Below the pieces are notes generated by a model. It saw nothing but the letters and a program-made list of their open reading frames with translations. It had not been told where the DNA came from and searched no databases. The position numbers were made by a program, and so were the translations under genes. Below are positions 54,678 through 63,755 of a stretch of DNA of 64,000 bases, in pieces. This stretch comes from Candidatus Poseidoniaceae archaeon (GTDB lineage: Archaea > Thermoplasmatota > Poseidoniia > Poseidoniales > Poseidoniaceae). The stretch spans positions 7,518-71,517 of the forward strand of contig JAPKFC010000001.1 in NCBI GenBank assembly GCA_028821785.1, written 5' to 3'. The stretch's first letter is position 1. Each line of letters starts with the position of its first letter.

Positions 54678-54700
54678 ACGGTTGTAACGCTAACCGTTTT
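54678..54700 (+). terminator. hairpin plus T-run after kae1
   Basis: ACGGTT (54678-54683) pairs with AACCGT (54692-54697), followed by TTTT ending at 54700. It lies 5 nt after the kae1 stop. Confidence 0.35.
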
Positions 54701-54723
54701 ATGGGGTCGGCTACGCCACACAC

Positions 54724-55587
54724 TTGGGGGAGACAACCATCGAGCGCAGAAAGAAGAAGGGCGACCCCGATAACCCATTTGCCCCCGATGCTGGTGCAGT
54801 GAGAAATCAGAAACACAACCAACGCGTTCAAATCACTCGTACAACTGCTGCTAAAGCACCAAATTCCGCACCTCAAACAGGCAAAGATGTTGGTTTGAGC
54901 GACCTAGAAAAGAAGCGTAAGGAAGCGCTCAATCGAATGTCTGAAACTAAACCTTCTCCTGTTGATAGCGTAGAAAAAACCGAGGCAACTCCTGCCTCTG
55001 GAATTTCAAACAGCAACCAAAAACAACAACCTTCAGAAAAGGCATCTTCAAGAGCAGATCGACTTGCTGAATTACGTAAAAAATCTGCTGCTTCAAAATT
55101 GAATGCAGAGCAGCATAAGGTCGAAGAAGTTTCTGCGGTCGAAGTAGTTGCTGAAGTAAAGTTAGTCGAAGCTAAGGTCGAAATTGAAAGTTTTTCTGCA
55201 GTCACTGACACCGTTTCTAAACCTGAAGTATCACAATTAAATGTTTTTAAAATCGTTGAAGAGACTCAAGTTAAAGCAACAAATGACCGTCGTAAAAAAC
55301 GACGCCCACATGCTAAGAAAGGCGGTGGACGGCAAAAGCAAGAGAGGAGACTCAACAGGCAGAAATATTTGGAGTACAAATATGCTGCAAGGGATATTCT
55401 CGACGACCCTTCAGTACCAGAAGAACATCGGTCTAACGTATTAGGCCAAGTTTGGGCAAAGGGTGAACGAATGTCTGTCGAAGATTCTTATGAATTTATT
55501 GATAGCAAAATACTGGAAAATATCCTAACTGAAGAAATCGGTAATAAATTGAGAACATTGGTTAGGAAATTTACAACTAGAAGGTGA
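54724..55587 (+). CDS. highly charged Lys/Glu/Ala-rich protein with ~80-aa structured C-terminal domain, unknown function
   Basis: A 287-aa ORF with a TTG start and no in-frame ATG near the 5' end. The first ~200 aa are low-complexity. The basic patch RRKKRRPHAKKGGGRQKQERR precedes YLEYKYAARDILDDPSVPEEHRSNVLGQVWAKGERMSVEDSYEFI. Confidence 0.4.
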   Translation: MGETTIERRKKKGDPDNPFAPDAGAVRNQKHNQRVQITRTTAAKAPNSAPQTGKDVGLSDLEKKRKEALNRMSETKPSPVDSVEKTEATPASGISNSNQKQQPSEKASSRADRLAELRKKSAASKLNAEQHKVEEVSAVEVVAEVKLVEAKVEIESFSAVTDTVSKPEVSQLNVFKIVEETQVKATNDRRKKRRPHAKKGGGRQKQERRLNRQKYLEYKYAARDILDDPSVPEEHRSNVLGQVWAKGERMSVEDSYEFIDSKILENILTEEIGNKLRTLVRKFTTRR

Positions 55588-55591
55588 TGAA

Positions 55592-56095
55592 ATGAGTGAT
55601 TTAGCAGTAGGAAAAAATATGGTTGCAAGTGTACATTACACTGGTACAATGCCGGAAACAGGAGAAGTCTTTGATAGTAGTGAGGGCAAAGATCCTCTTA
55701 CATTCCTTATAGGACATGGACAAATGATTCCAGGTTTTGAAACAAATATCGAGGGTGCAAAAATCGGTGAGAAGAGAACCTTTACACTAACTGCAGACGA
55801 AGCATACGGGGAGCGCGAAGACGCTGCACTAATGAAGATTCCAAGAAGTGAATTTGCGCAATTAGAAGAAGGGGCTAAATTGGAAATTGGAATGACACTT
55901 GTAGCAACGATGCAGCATGGTCCTGCACCATTTAATATTACAGAATTAACTGATGACGAAGTAACTGCCGATTTCAACCACAAGTTGGCAGGAGAAGCTT
56001 TGACATTTGCAGTTGAAATCGTAGAACTACGCGATGCTAGTGAAGAGGAATTATCGCACGGCCATGTTCATGGACCTGGCGGACACCACCACTGA
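55592..56095 (+). CDS. slyD: FKBP-type peptidyl-prolyl isomerase, SlyD-like with His-rich tail
   Basis: The FKBP core ([17 protein letters not shown]...[16 protein letters not shown]) carries an inserted IF-flap region. The C-terminus reads [12 protein letters not shown]. Confidence 0.85.
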   Translation: MSDLAVGKNMVASVHYTGTMPETGEVFDSSEGKDPLTFLIGHGQMIPGFETNIEGAKIGEKRTFTLTADEAYGEREDAALMKIPRSEFAQLEEGAKLEIGMTLVATMQHGPAPFNITELTDDEVTADFNHKLAGEALTFAVEIVELRDASEEELSHGHVHGPGGHHH

Positions 56096-57197
56096 ACTGA
56101 TTAATTCAAACATTCCAAGTGGGAGTGTTGAAGAATCGCCTACACTTGGACACTATATGGTCGGGTCGCGTAAGGACGAGTGGAAAACCCTCGGCGGACT
56201 TGATATCCCTCTACAAAGTGATGAAAATACACTTTCTGAAGTTGGCTATGTTCGTTCCAATGTAGGTGATGCTGGAAGTAAACCGTATACTCGCGGCATT
56301 CATGCCACAATGTATCGCTCAAGACTTTGGACAATGCGCCAATACGCTGGATTTTCTAGTGCTAAGGCTACAAATGAGCGCTTCAAACTATTATTAGAGC
56401 GTGGACAAAAGGGCTTGTCTGTTGCTTTTGATTTACCTACACAATTAGGGCTTGATGCTGATGATGAGTTGTCGATGGGCGAGGTAGGGAAAGTTGGAGT
56501 TTCCATTTCATCTATTGATGATATGAGATTATTGCTAGATGGTATTCCACTAGATCAAGTAAGCACTTCGATGACAATTAATTCACCAGCGATCATTCTA
56601 TTGGCGATGTATGTGGCAGTAGCAGAAGAGCAAGGTGTTTCAGCAGACAAAGTAATCGGTACAATTCAGAATGATATACTCAAAGAATACATTGCCAGGG
56701 GCACATATGTATTCCCGCCAAAGCAATCGATGCGATTAATCACTGATGTGTTTGAATATTGTGCTGAAAACATCCCACTATGGAATACTATTTCCATTTC
56801 GGGATATCATATTCGCGAAGCAGGTTCTACTGCTGTTCAAGAGATAGCATTCACACTGGCAAATGCATTAGCATATGTTGAGGCTGCAATTGATATTGGT
56901 TTGGATATTGACACCTTTGCTCCAAGACTTTCTTTCTTTTTCAATTGCCATAATGATTTCTTTGAAGAAGCGAGTAAATTTAGAGCTGCAAGAAGATTAT
57001 GGCATGACCTAATTAGCCAACGCTATCAACCTAAAAATCCTAAGTCGGCGATGCTCAGATTCCATACACAGGTTGCTGGAGTTAGCCTAACAGCCCAACA
57101 ACCGCTCAACAATATTGCACGAGTTACAATACAAGCGTTAGCAGCAGTATGTGGTGGGACTCAAAGTCTTCACACCAATTCATATGATGAAGCATAG
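56064..57197 (+). CDS. methylmalonyl-CoA mutase catalytic (large) chain, part 1, ending at an in-frame TAG
   Basis: Motifs [73 protein letters not shown] and [13 protein letters not shown]. The start is uncertain: candidate ATGs are at 56034, 56064, 56070 and 56157. Confidence 0.8.
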   Translation: MFMDLADTTTELINSNIPSGSVEESPTLGHYMVGSRKDEWKTLGGLDIPLQSDENTLSEVGYVRSNVGDAGSKPYTRGIHATMYRSRLWTMRQYAGFSSAKATNERFKLLLERGQKGLSVAFDLPTQLGLDADDELSMGEVGKVGVSISSIDDMRLLLDGIPLDQVSTSMTINSPAIILLAMYVAVAEEQGVSADKVIGTIQNDILKEYIARGTYVFPPKQSMRLITDVFEYCAENIPLWNTISISGYHIREAGSTAVQEIAFTLANALAYVEAAIDIGLDIDTFAPRLSFFFNCHNDFFEEASKFRAARRLWHDLISQRYQPKNPKSAMLRFHTQVAGVSLTAQQPLNNIARVTIQALAAVCGGTQSLHTNSYDEA

Positions 57198-57287
57198 GGA
57201 TTACCTACTGAAGAAAGTGCAACTGTAGCACTTAGAACTCAACAAATAATTGCTGAAGAAAGTGGAGTTGCTGATGTAGCAGATCCA

Positions 57288-57758
57288 TTGGGTGGTTCAT
57301 ATCACGTAGAGGCTTTAACAGAACGGATTTATCAAGAAGCGCTACTGCAAATCCAAGAGATTGAAAAGTTAGGTGGTGCAATGGCGGCAATTGAGGCAGG
57401 CTGGCAGCAGAGAGAAATTCATAATGCTGCGTTTAAGCACCTTTCTGATGTAGAATCAGGTGATAGAAAAATAGTCGGGGTTAATCACGGGATTATGGAT
57501 GGAGAAGATGATACTGAAGCCCTAAAATTAGACCAAACTGTTGGCGAAATGCAATGTCTTAGACTAAAGGAATTAAGAGAGCATAGAGATGAGGTGAAAT
57601 CACAATCATGCATAGATGCTATAGGGCTTGCATCTGCTGGAACTGATAACCTATTTCCTCTAATATTGGAAGCTGTTAAGTCTAATTGCACTCTAGGTGA
57701 AATAATGAATGCAATGCGTTCTGAGTTCGGAGAATGGATGGCTCCGAGTGGGTTTTGA
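57288..57758 (+). CDS. methylmalonyl-CoA mutase catalytic chain, part 2 (same frame as part 1)
   Basis: The same reading frame stays open from 57198. It reads GLPTEESATVALRTQQIIAEESGVADVADPLGGSYHVEALTERIYQEA..., continuing the MCM sequence directly after the TAG. The ORF track begins only at TTG 57288. Confidence 0.8.
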   Translation: MGGSYHVEALTERIYQEALLQIQEIEKLGGAMAAIEAGWQQREIHNAAFKHLSDVESGDRKIVGVNHGIMDGEDDTEALKLDQTVGEMQCLRLKELREHRDEVKSQSCIDAIGLASAGTDNLFPLILEAVKSNCTLGEIMNAMRSEFGEWMAPSGF

Positions 57759-57767
57759 GGTGATTTA

Positions 57768-58208
57768 ATGAATTTCGGATCAATACATATCGACCATATA
57801 GGAATAGCAACTAGTGACTTAGAATCTGCAAGTCACTTTTGGAAACTACTCGGTTTAATTCAAGGTTCAGAGGATGAAACTGTAATAGAACAGGGTGTAA
57901 CAACTAGATTTTTCTCAACATCTCAACCAGATGAGAGTGTTGAGCAACATCCACCGATGGTAGAATTGCTACAGCCAACTTCAGCGGATACTCCGATTGG
58001 GAACTTTTTAGCAAAACGCGGACCCGGCATACAACAATTGTGTTTCCGTGTTGAAAAATTGCAACAGTTAATTGACTATTTACTGGATAACGGAATTCAG
58101 ATGATTGATGTCGAACCTAAAGTCGGCGCAGGGGGCTCAAAAATAGCATTTGTACACCCAAAATCAACAGGTGGAGTTTTGGTAGAACTCAAACAAAGCA
58201 ACCACTGA
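57768..58208 (+). CDS. mce: methylmalonyl-CoA epimerase (VOC/glyoxalase fold)
   Basis: Motifs IDHIGIATSDLESASHFW, GPGIQQLCFRV and FVHPKSTGGVLVEL. Adjacent to the mutase gene. Confidence 0.8.
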   Translation: MNFGSIHIDHIGIATSDLESASHFWKLLGLIQGSEDETVIEQGVTTRFFSTSQPDESVEQHPPMVELLQPTSADTPIGNFLAKRGPGIQQLCFRVEKLQQLIDYLLDNGIQMIDVEPKVGAGGSKIAFVHPKSTGGVLVELKQSNH

Positions 58209-58268
58209 GTCTTGCCTTTGCTGTAATTATAATGGATAATATCTTAACCCTTCAGCATGGGCTAGGTT

Positions 58269-58577
58269 GTGATGAGAACTTGTGTTGACCACCTTATAGC
58301 CTTACCACATATTGACGGCCCACGTGTTAGAAGAGAAGCAGAGTTCGTTTCCACTCAGTTAGATGCCCTTAGAGTTAATGGTAAAATATCCAATGATGCA
58401 TTTCTTGATGCTGGAGCAATACAAGGTGCTTTCAACATGATTGGAAACTTAGTTGAGATGGGTATTTCGCAAAAAGAGATACATCTGCAACTTAGGCAAC
58501 AATTGTCTCGCGCCTGCCGTTTGGAAGAGAAGCACCCTGGATTAAATGCCGCAGTTGAATCTGGAAGAGCCAGTTGA
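58269..58577 (+). CDS. hypothetical protein
   Basis: A 102-aa ORF with a GTG/ATG start region. It looks helical and has no recognised motif. Coding status rests on the ORF and on same-strand packing between mce and the ABC genes. Confidence 0.3.
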   Translation: MMRTCVDHLIALPHIDGPRVRREAEFVSTQLDALRVNGKISNDAFLDAGAIQGAFNMIGNLVEMGISQKEIHLQLRQQLSRACRLEEKHPGLNAAVESGRAS

Positions 58578-58586
58578 GGGAGTTTA

Positions 58587-59414
58587 ATGTCTGAAACGTT
58601 ACTCTCGATAAAGGGGGTTGCCAAACATTTTGACGAGATAGAAGCTCTTAGTCACATAGATTTGGACATCCGTAGTGGCGAAGTAGTCGGATTGGTTGGA
58701 AGTAATGGGGCTGGAAAAACAACATTGCTGAGATTAATGGCAGGAGTATATACTCCGACGAAAGGTAGTGTAACATTGGAAGATGGTTCTGATGTATCTG
58801 AAATGAGACACCTATTGGGTGTTGTTCCAGAATCTACTGGCTTGTATTCTCGTCTTACAGCATGGGAAAATATCCGCTATCATTCGAGATTATATGGGAT
58901 CGATGATGAAACCTCTTGGAAACGTACACAATTATTCGCTAGCAGATTGGGGATGAGTGATAGTCTAAGCCGCCACACCAAAGGGTTCAGTAGAGGAATG
59001 AAGCAAAAGACTGCTCTTCTTAGAGCACTTGCTCATGGTCCAAGCATACTACTTCTCGATGAACCTACTGCAGGATTGGACATCACCAGTGCTAGAACTG
59101 TTAGAGCACTTGTAAAGCAATTGCGCGATGAGGGTGGCACTGTAGTATATTCAACTCACCAATTGGAAGAAGCAAGACAAGTATGCGATCGCATAATTAT
59201 AATTCACAATGGAGAGGTTAGAGCCGATGGTTCTCCCCAACAGTTAATGGAGCAAACCGAACAAGATTCTTTGGAAGAGGCATATGTTTCGCTGACCGCT
59301 GACCAAGCGAGGTCAAGAAACGAAGATGCTGATTCGGAAGGGCGCATTACGGCTTGGTGGAGAAAATTATTCACTCCTAAAACACCTGAATTGGAGGTGG
59401 ATATTGATGGCTGA
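58587..59414 (+). CDS. ABC transporter ATP-binding protein (ABC-2/NatA-like)
   Basis: Walker A GSNGAGKTT, signature FSRGMKQK, Walker B LLLDEPTAGLD, and an H-loop (STHQ). Confidence 0.88.
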   Translation: MSETLLSIKGVAKHFDEIEALSHIDLDIRSGEVVGLVGSNGAGKTTLLRLMAGVYTPTKGSVTLEDGSDVSEMRHLLGVVPESTGLYSRLTAWENIRYHSRLYGIDDETSWKRTQLFASRLGMSDSLSRHTKGFSRGMKQKTALLRALAHGPSILLLDEPTAGLDITSARTVRALVKQLRDEGGTVVYSTHQLEEARQVCDRIIIIHNGEVRADGSPQQLMEQTEQDSLEEAYVSLTADQARSRNEDADSEGRITAWWRKLFTPKTPELEVDIDG

Positions 59415-60627
59415 TGGTAGCGCTATGCGAATAAAACAAATCGCAAAGAAGGAAGTTGTTGAGTTTTCCAGAGATTGGAGAACGATTATTGCAATCATTG
59501 TTATTCCATTGTTGATGTTCCCTTTACTATTCATTCTATTTCCAGTATTACTACAATCTGAAGCAGCAGAATTGAAGTCATTAGAATTGGATTTAACGAT
59601 TCAAACTGATAATATGCCTGAGAATTTAAGCATGATAATTAATAAATCAGCGATAGTAATCAGCTATGAAGAGTTACCTATTTTAGATGATTTAAGCCAA
59701 CCTGGTAATGATATAGAGCGTTTGAGAAATGGCTCAATAGATGCCATATTGAGAATTACTCAAAGAGAGGATATCTGGTATTATTCCATCCTTCATATGT
59801 CAACATCTGAACATTCAAGAGAAGCTAAATCAAGATTATTATATGATTTGAATGAATGGGAAGACAATGAAACTGCTGCAAGAATTAAATCTGGCGGCCT
59901 AGACGTCAATTCAACACTGGACCCTCTTCGGTGGGATGGTGAATTCACACAAGCAGATGCTGCAACCGCTGGCGAACAGGCTGGAATGGCATTATCGATG
60001 TTCATTCCACTGGTATTGGCCGTCTGGACCTTCTCATCGGCAATTCAGCCATCAATTGATATGACAGCGGGCGAAAGAGAAAGAGGTACGCTAGAAGCAC
60101 TTCTAAGCCTGCCCTGCACACGCCTTGAATTATTATTCGGCAAGTGGTTGGCGGTAGCCACTATTACAGGGGTTGGAGTATTATTGCAGATATGTGGATT
60201 ATTATTTGCGATAGGCTATCTAGCGAGTTCCAGTATCATCGGTGTTCCTGAACTATCGGTGCTAACAATTCTGCTGATAATTGGCGCGATTATGCTATTT
60301 GCAATAATGGTCGTGGCAATAGAATTGGCCCTTGCAATGAGATCTCATAGCGTAAAGGAGGCTGGAAGTATCCTCGGACCTGCTATTATGCTGATTATTT
60401 TCCCAGCCTTATTCACTCAAGTTATCAATTTGGACGGAATTGAGTCGTTTTGGTTTGCAATTCCGGTGGTTAATGTTCTACTTGCTCTCAGAGAATTATT
60501 GATGAATAGAGTAATTACAACTCACATCATTATTTGGGTTGGAACTTCAATATTGTACGCATTAATGGCAGCAAAATATGCAGCAAGTCAATTCAAGAGA
60601 GAAGATATTGTTACTTCACTTAGTTGA
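59407..60627 (+). CDS. ABC-2 family permease (NatB-like)
   Basis: The start at ATG 59407 (MADGSAMRIKQIAKKEV) overlaps the ATPase stop by 8 nt. An N-terminal TM helix precedes a large extracytoplasmic loop and about 5 C-terminal TM helices. Confidence 0.7.
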   Translation: MADGSAMRIKQIAKKEVVEFSRDWRTIIAIIVIPLLMFPLLFILFPVLLQSEAAELKSLELDLTIQTDNMPENLSMIINKSAIVISYEELPILDDLSQPGNDIERLRNGSIDAILRITQREDIWYYSILHMSTSEHSREAKSRLLYDLNEWEDNETAARIKSGGLDVNSTLDPLRWDGEFTQADAATAGEQAGMALSMFIPLVLAVWTFSSAIQPSIDMTAGERERGTLEALLSLPCTRLELLFGKWLAVATITGVGVLLQICGLLFAIGYLASSSIIGVPELSVLTILLIIGAIMLFAIMVVAIELALAMRSHSVKEAGSILGPAIMLIIFPALFTQVINLDGIESFWFAIPVVNVLLALRELLMNRVITTHIIIWVGTSILYALMAAKYAASQFKREDIVTSLS

Positions 60628-62157
60628 TTAAGAAGTAAAGTGGATTATTGATTCTCTAACTATTTTGATAATCAAATCTATTTCTTCAGAAGTAATAGCA
60701 AAGTGTGGTGTGAAACGTAATGCATTTTTTCCTCCATGAATAACACCTAAGCCTCTTCTACGACACCAAGGTTCAACGGCATCAAATCCAACCACTGGTA
60801 AAATATCAGGCTTTAGTTCAGCACTACACAATAACCCTGTACCTTGTACAAGTGTGATATATTCAGGGAATTCTTCGGCTAGTATATTCAATTTATTAAC
60901 AAACTCTACACCCTTATTACGAATGTTTTGTCTTAACTCGGGAGTAATCCTATCAAGAACAGCGATTGCGGTTTCCAGTGCTCTTGGATTAGTGGTCATC
61001 GTATTGCCATAAATTCCTGAAACATATAATGACGATGCTCTTTTATTCATTCCAAGTACAGAGAGTGGATATTGCCCTGCATTCATTGCCTTTGACCATG
61101 TCTCTAGATCGGGTGCGAGGCAATCTTGGAAACCCTGATAATCAACAATTGAAAGACAACCTTGCCCCCTCAATCCTGCTTGTATTGAATCAACTAGTAA
61201 CATCGAGCCATGTTCTAAAGTCAATCTTCTAGCTTCATCATAAAATGCACGTTCAACGCATTGCCCAGGATTTCCTTCACCTTGAACCGGTTCAATAGCC
61301 ATTAGTTCAATGAATTCACCCTTTTCTTCTGCACTAGCGAAAACATTTCTTAACGCATCGATATCATTTGGTGGAACTAGATATAAATTATCTCTATCTC
61401 TAAATGATGCTAGGTTTTTATCATAGTTTCTCATGCAAGAATGCGAAAGTTGTGCTGGGCGACCTGTTCTTCCGTGGAACGCTTGCTCAATAGCCACTAA
61501 CTTGATTGTTTTACCTTCATATCTCCCACCTGGACCAGTCATAGTGTTGGCATTAGCATCAGAAATTCGCAATGAAACTGTTACTGCTTCTGAACCACTA
61601 TTCATACAAATAAATCTATCAAAAGGACAACTACCTCTACTATGACCTAATTCTTTGATTAGTCGATCTGTTAATCTCTGTTGAGAAAAAGAAGGTGTCA
61701 TTACATTGGCCATTACCCAATTTTGAGACATCGCTTTAATTATTTCATCTGGACCATGCCCGCCACCGAGCATCCCATATCCGCCATTATCATGCAATAC
61801 TGCACCATGGGCAGATATCACCCATGGACCTCTCGCAGCAATAGCAATGTATGGATTGACAGTTGCGGGATTGTAAAAATTGACATATCCGCTTTGCAGT
61901 TTTGTAACTAATTCCGACTCTGGCGACATTAGAAGTTCTGATTCAAACTCCTCTCTAAGACCCAAATGATATTGATGGCCCTCTTTGATTGCACGCGAAA
62001 GATTACTATCGAGGGCAATGAATTTGATAATTTCATCATCGTTCAAACCTGTAGTTTCGCATGTCCCAGAATTGGCTCTAATATCAAAAAGTAATTCCAT
62101 CAACTGGGCTGCGTCAGTACTCATCAAACATCGTAATAGAAGGGGGGATTTGAACAT
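60628..62157 (-). CDS. class-III (ornithine/acetylornithine-type) PLP-dependent aminotransferase with N-terminal extension
   Basis: Motifs NSGSEAVTVSLRI and LLVDSIQAGLRGQG, with a PLP-Lys candidate in WSKAMNAG. About 500 aa. Substrate cannot be assigned by eye. Confidence 0.78.
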   Translation of the reverse strand: MFKSPLLLRCLMSTDAAQLMELLFDIRANSGTCETTGLNDDEIIKFIALDSNLSRAIKEGHQYHLGLREEFESELLMSPESELVTKLQSGYVNFYNPATVNPYIAIAARGPWVISAHGAVLHDNGGYGMLGGGHGPDEIIKAMSQNWVMANVMTPSFSQQRLTDRLIKELGHSRGSCPFDRFICMNSGSEAVTVSLRISDANANTMTGPGGRYEGKTIKLVAIEQAFHGRTGRPAQLSHSCMRNYDKNLASFRDRDNLYLVPPNDIDALRNVFASAEEKGEFIELMAIEPVQGEGNPGQCVERAFYDEARRLTLEHGSMLLVDSIQAGLRGQGCLSIVDYQGFQDCLAPDLETWSKAMNAGQYPLSVLGMNKRASSLYVSGIYGNTMTTNPRALETAIAVLDRITPELRQNIRNKGVEFVNKLNILAEEFPEYITLVQGTGLLCSAELKPDILPVVGFDAVEPWCRRRGLGVIHGGKNALRFTPHFAITSEEIDLIIKIVRESIIHFTS

Positions 62158-62231
62158 TCGTAGCAGGGCCCTTCCTCAAATAATGCAAATCAACTTACCA
62201 TTTTTCATAATTATGTACTCCTATGGAGGCA

Positions 62232-62273
62232 AATAATACCACAGTAATACTACAGTATTACTCTAGTAATACT
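62232..62273. promoter_or_regulatory. operator-like array: 9-bp AGTAATACT motif at 11-bp phasing, abutting a TATA-like box
   Basis: AGTAATACT is at 62243-62251, its reverse complement AGTATTACT at 62254-62262, and AGTAATACT again at 62265-62273. A degenerate copy, AATAATACC, is at 62232-62240. TTATAT at 62273-62278 lies about 25 nt before the ATG at 62301, which suggests a leaderless transcript. Confidence 0.45.
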
Positions 62274-62300
62274 TATATTGGATAGGGTAGAGCCTAAACC

Positions 62301-62477
62301 ATGCCTAAGATATCATTGGACATGCCAAGCCAATTGACTGAAGATTTACGTAAACATGTCGGAGATGACAAAAAATTTGTCAGCCTAGCAGATGCTGTTA
62401 GAACGGCTTGTCGGAAATTATTAGATCAACTTGATGAAATTGATTCTAGGCATGGAAGAGGACCCTCGCAGGAGTGA
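62301..62477 (+). CDS. small ribbon-helix-helix (CopG/Arc-like) protein
   Basis: Below the ORF-track cutoff. Hand translation gives MPKISLDMPSQLTEDLRKHVGDDKKFVSLADAVRTACRKLLDQLDEIDSRHGRGPSQE*. The N-terminal beta strand (KISLDMP) followed by two helices is the RHH pattern. The stop lies 5 nt before the folE ATG. Confidence 0.5.
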   Translation: MPKISLDMPSQLTEDLRKHVGDDKKFVSLADAVRTACRKLLDQLDEIDSRHGRGPSQE

Positions 62478-62482
62478 ATAAT

Positions 62483-63055
62483 ATGGTATCTAAAAACGAA
62501 GCTGAATTGGCTGTAAAGACTCTACTAGAGTATTTGGAAGGAAACTTATCTGAACGGGAGGGGTTGCTCAAAACGCCAAAGAGAGTCATTGATTCGTGGG
62601 ATGAAGTATTCGCCGGATATTCACAAAATGCAGAAGATATTCTTGAGGCCACTTTCAATGGAGAAGGATACAATGGAATCGTATTATTGCGTGATATTGA
62701 ATTCCATTCCACTTGCGAGCATCACTTGCAACCATTCAGAGGAAGAGCACATGTTGCTTACATTCCTACTGAGCGAATCGTTGGTATCTCGAAGTTAGCA
62801 CGTATCGTTGAATTACACGGCAGAAGATTACAGAATCAGGAACGCATTACAAAGGGCGTAGCCGATGATTTGGAAGCACATCTTTCCCCACTCGGTTGCG
62901 CTGTTATTATCGAAGCGGCTCATGGCTGTATGCAATGCCGCGGTGTTGCAAAGCAGAACGCTATCATGACTACATCGGCTATGCGTGGCGTATTCTTTGA
63001 CAAGGCTGAGGCTAGGGCGGAATTAATGCAATTGATTCACACCCGCCCGCTTTGA
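62483..63055 (+). CDS. folE: GTP cyclohydrolase I (FolE type IA)
   Basis: Motifs STCEHHLQPF and LQNQERITKGVAD, plus a Cys in HGCMQCRGV. The ATG at 62483 is preferred over GTG 62474. Confidence 0.9.
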   Translation: MVSKNEAELAVKTLLEYLEGNLSEREGLLKTPKRVIDSWDEVFAGYSQNAEDILEATFNGEGYNGIVLLRDIEFHSTCEHHLQPFRGRAHVAYIPTERIVGISKLARIVELHGRRLQNQERITKGVADDLEAHLSPLGCAVIIEAAHGCMQCRGVAKQNAIMTTSAMRGVFFDKAEARAELMQLIHTRPL

Positions 63056-63077
63056 ATGAGATTCGGAGGTCAATAGG

Positions 63078-63743
63078 ATGAAGGATGAATTTGAGAATTG
63101 TGGCATTGCAGGAAATACTGCGGTTGACAATCCTACTGACCTAGCCATGGAATACAAAATCGTTGAAATATTCCATTCAATTCAAGGCGAAGGTGCAAAG
63201 TGTGGAATTCCTCATGTTTTTGTCCGTTTTGGTAAATGTAATTTACAATGCGAATGGTGTGATACGGATTTTGAAACATTCACAACAATGTCTGCAATTG
63301 ACATCTTGGGAGAGGTTCTCAAATTTGACTGCAAGAAAATTATTTTCACTGGTGGCGAACCGATGCTTAACGATCTATGGCCACTACACAGATTACTCAA
63401 AGCGCGTGGGTATGAATTATCTTGCGAGAGTAACGGCACAATAGAAATTCCTGAAGGATTATTGGATTGGATAACCATCTCCCCTAAGGACCAGGAATAT
63501 CCTAATGTGTCTATTAGACAACGAACAGGAGATGAATTGAAGTGCGTATATGTTGGTCAAGATTTATCCTTATATGATGATTTAAAGCATGGTTTTGAGC
63601 ATTTATTTTTACAACCGTGTTATATTCATTCACAAGATGTAGAATGGAATGGAAAGAATTTTGCTCTAACTGAAAAAGTTGTAAAGGATAATTCTCCTTG
63701 GAGACTAAGTCTTCAAACTCACAAATGGATGGGTATTGATTGA
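63078..63743 (+). CDS. queE: 7-carboxy-7-deazaguanine synthase QueE (radical SAM)
   Basis: Motifs EIFHSIQGEG and the cluster motif GKCNLQCEWCDT. GGAGGT lies 8 nt upstream of the ATG at 63078; an internal ATG at 63147 is also possible. Confidence 0.85.
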   Translation: MKDEFENCGIAGNTAVDNPTDLAMEYKIVEIFHSIQGEGAKCGIPHVFVRFGKCNLQCEWCDTDFETFTTMSAIDILGEVLKFDCKKIIFTGGEPMLNDLWPLHRLLKARGYELSCESNGTIEIPEGLLDWITISPKDQEYPNVSIRQRTGDELKCVYVGQDLSLYDDLKHGFEHLFLQPCYIHSQDVEWNGKNFALTEKVVKDNSPWRLSLQTHKWMGID

Positions 63744-63755
63744 GGTGATTCAAAG

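Noticed and set aside
57195-57197. Reading the in-frame TAG of the methylmalonyl-CoA mutase gene as pyrrolysine.
   Set aside because: No pylS/pylT/pylBCD-like genes are in the window. TAG is used as an ordinary stop by other genes here, for example the ArsA-like gene at 10184-10186 and the small membrane protein gene at 13289-13291. The position also corresponds to a conserved Leu rather than a functional Pyl site. I kept it as a nonsense, error or read-through question instead.
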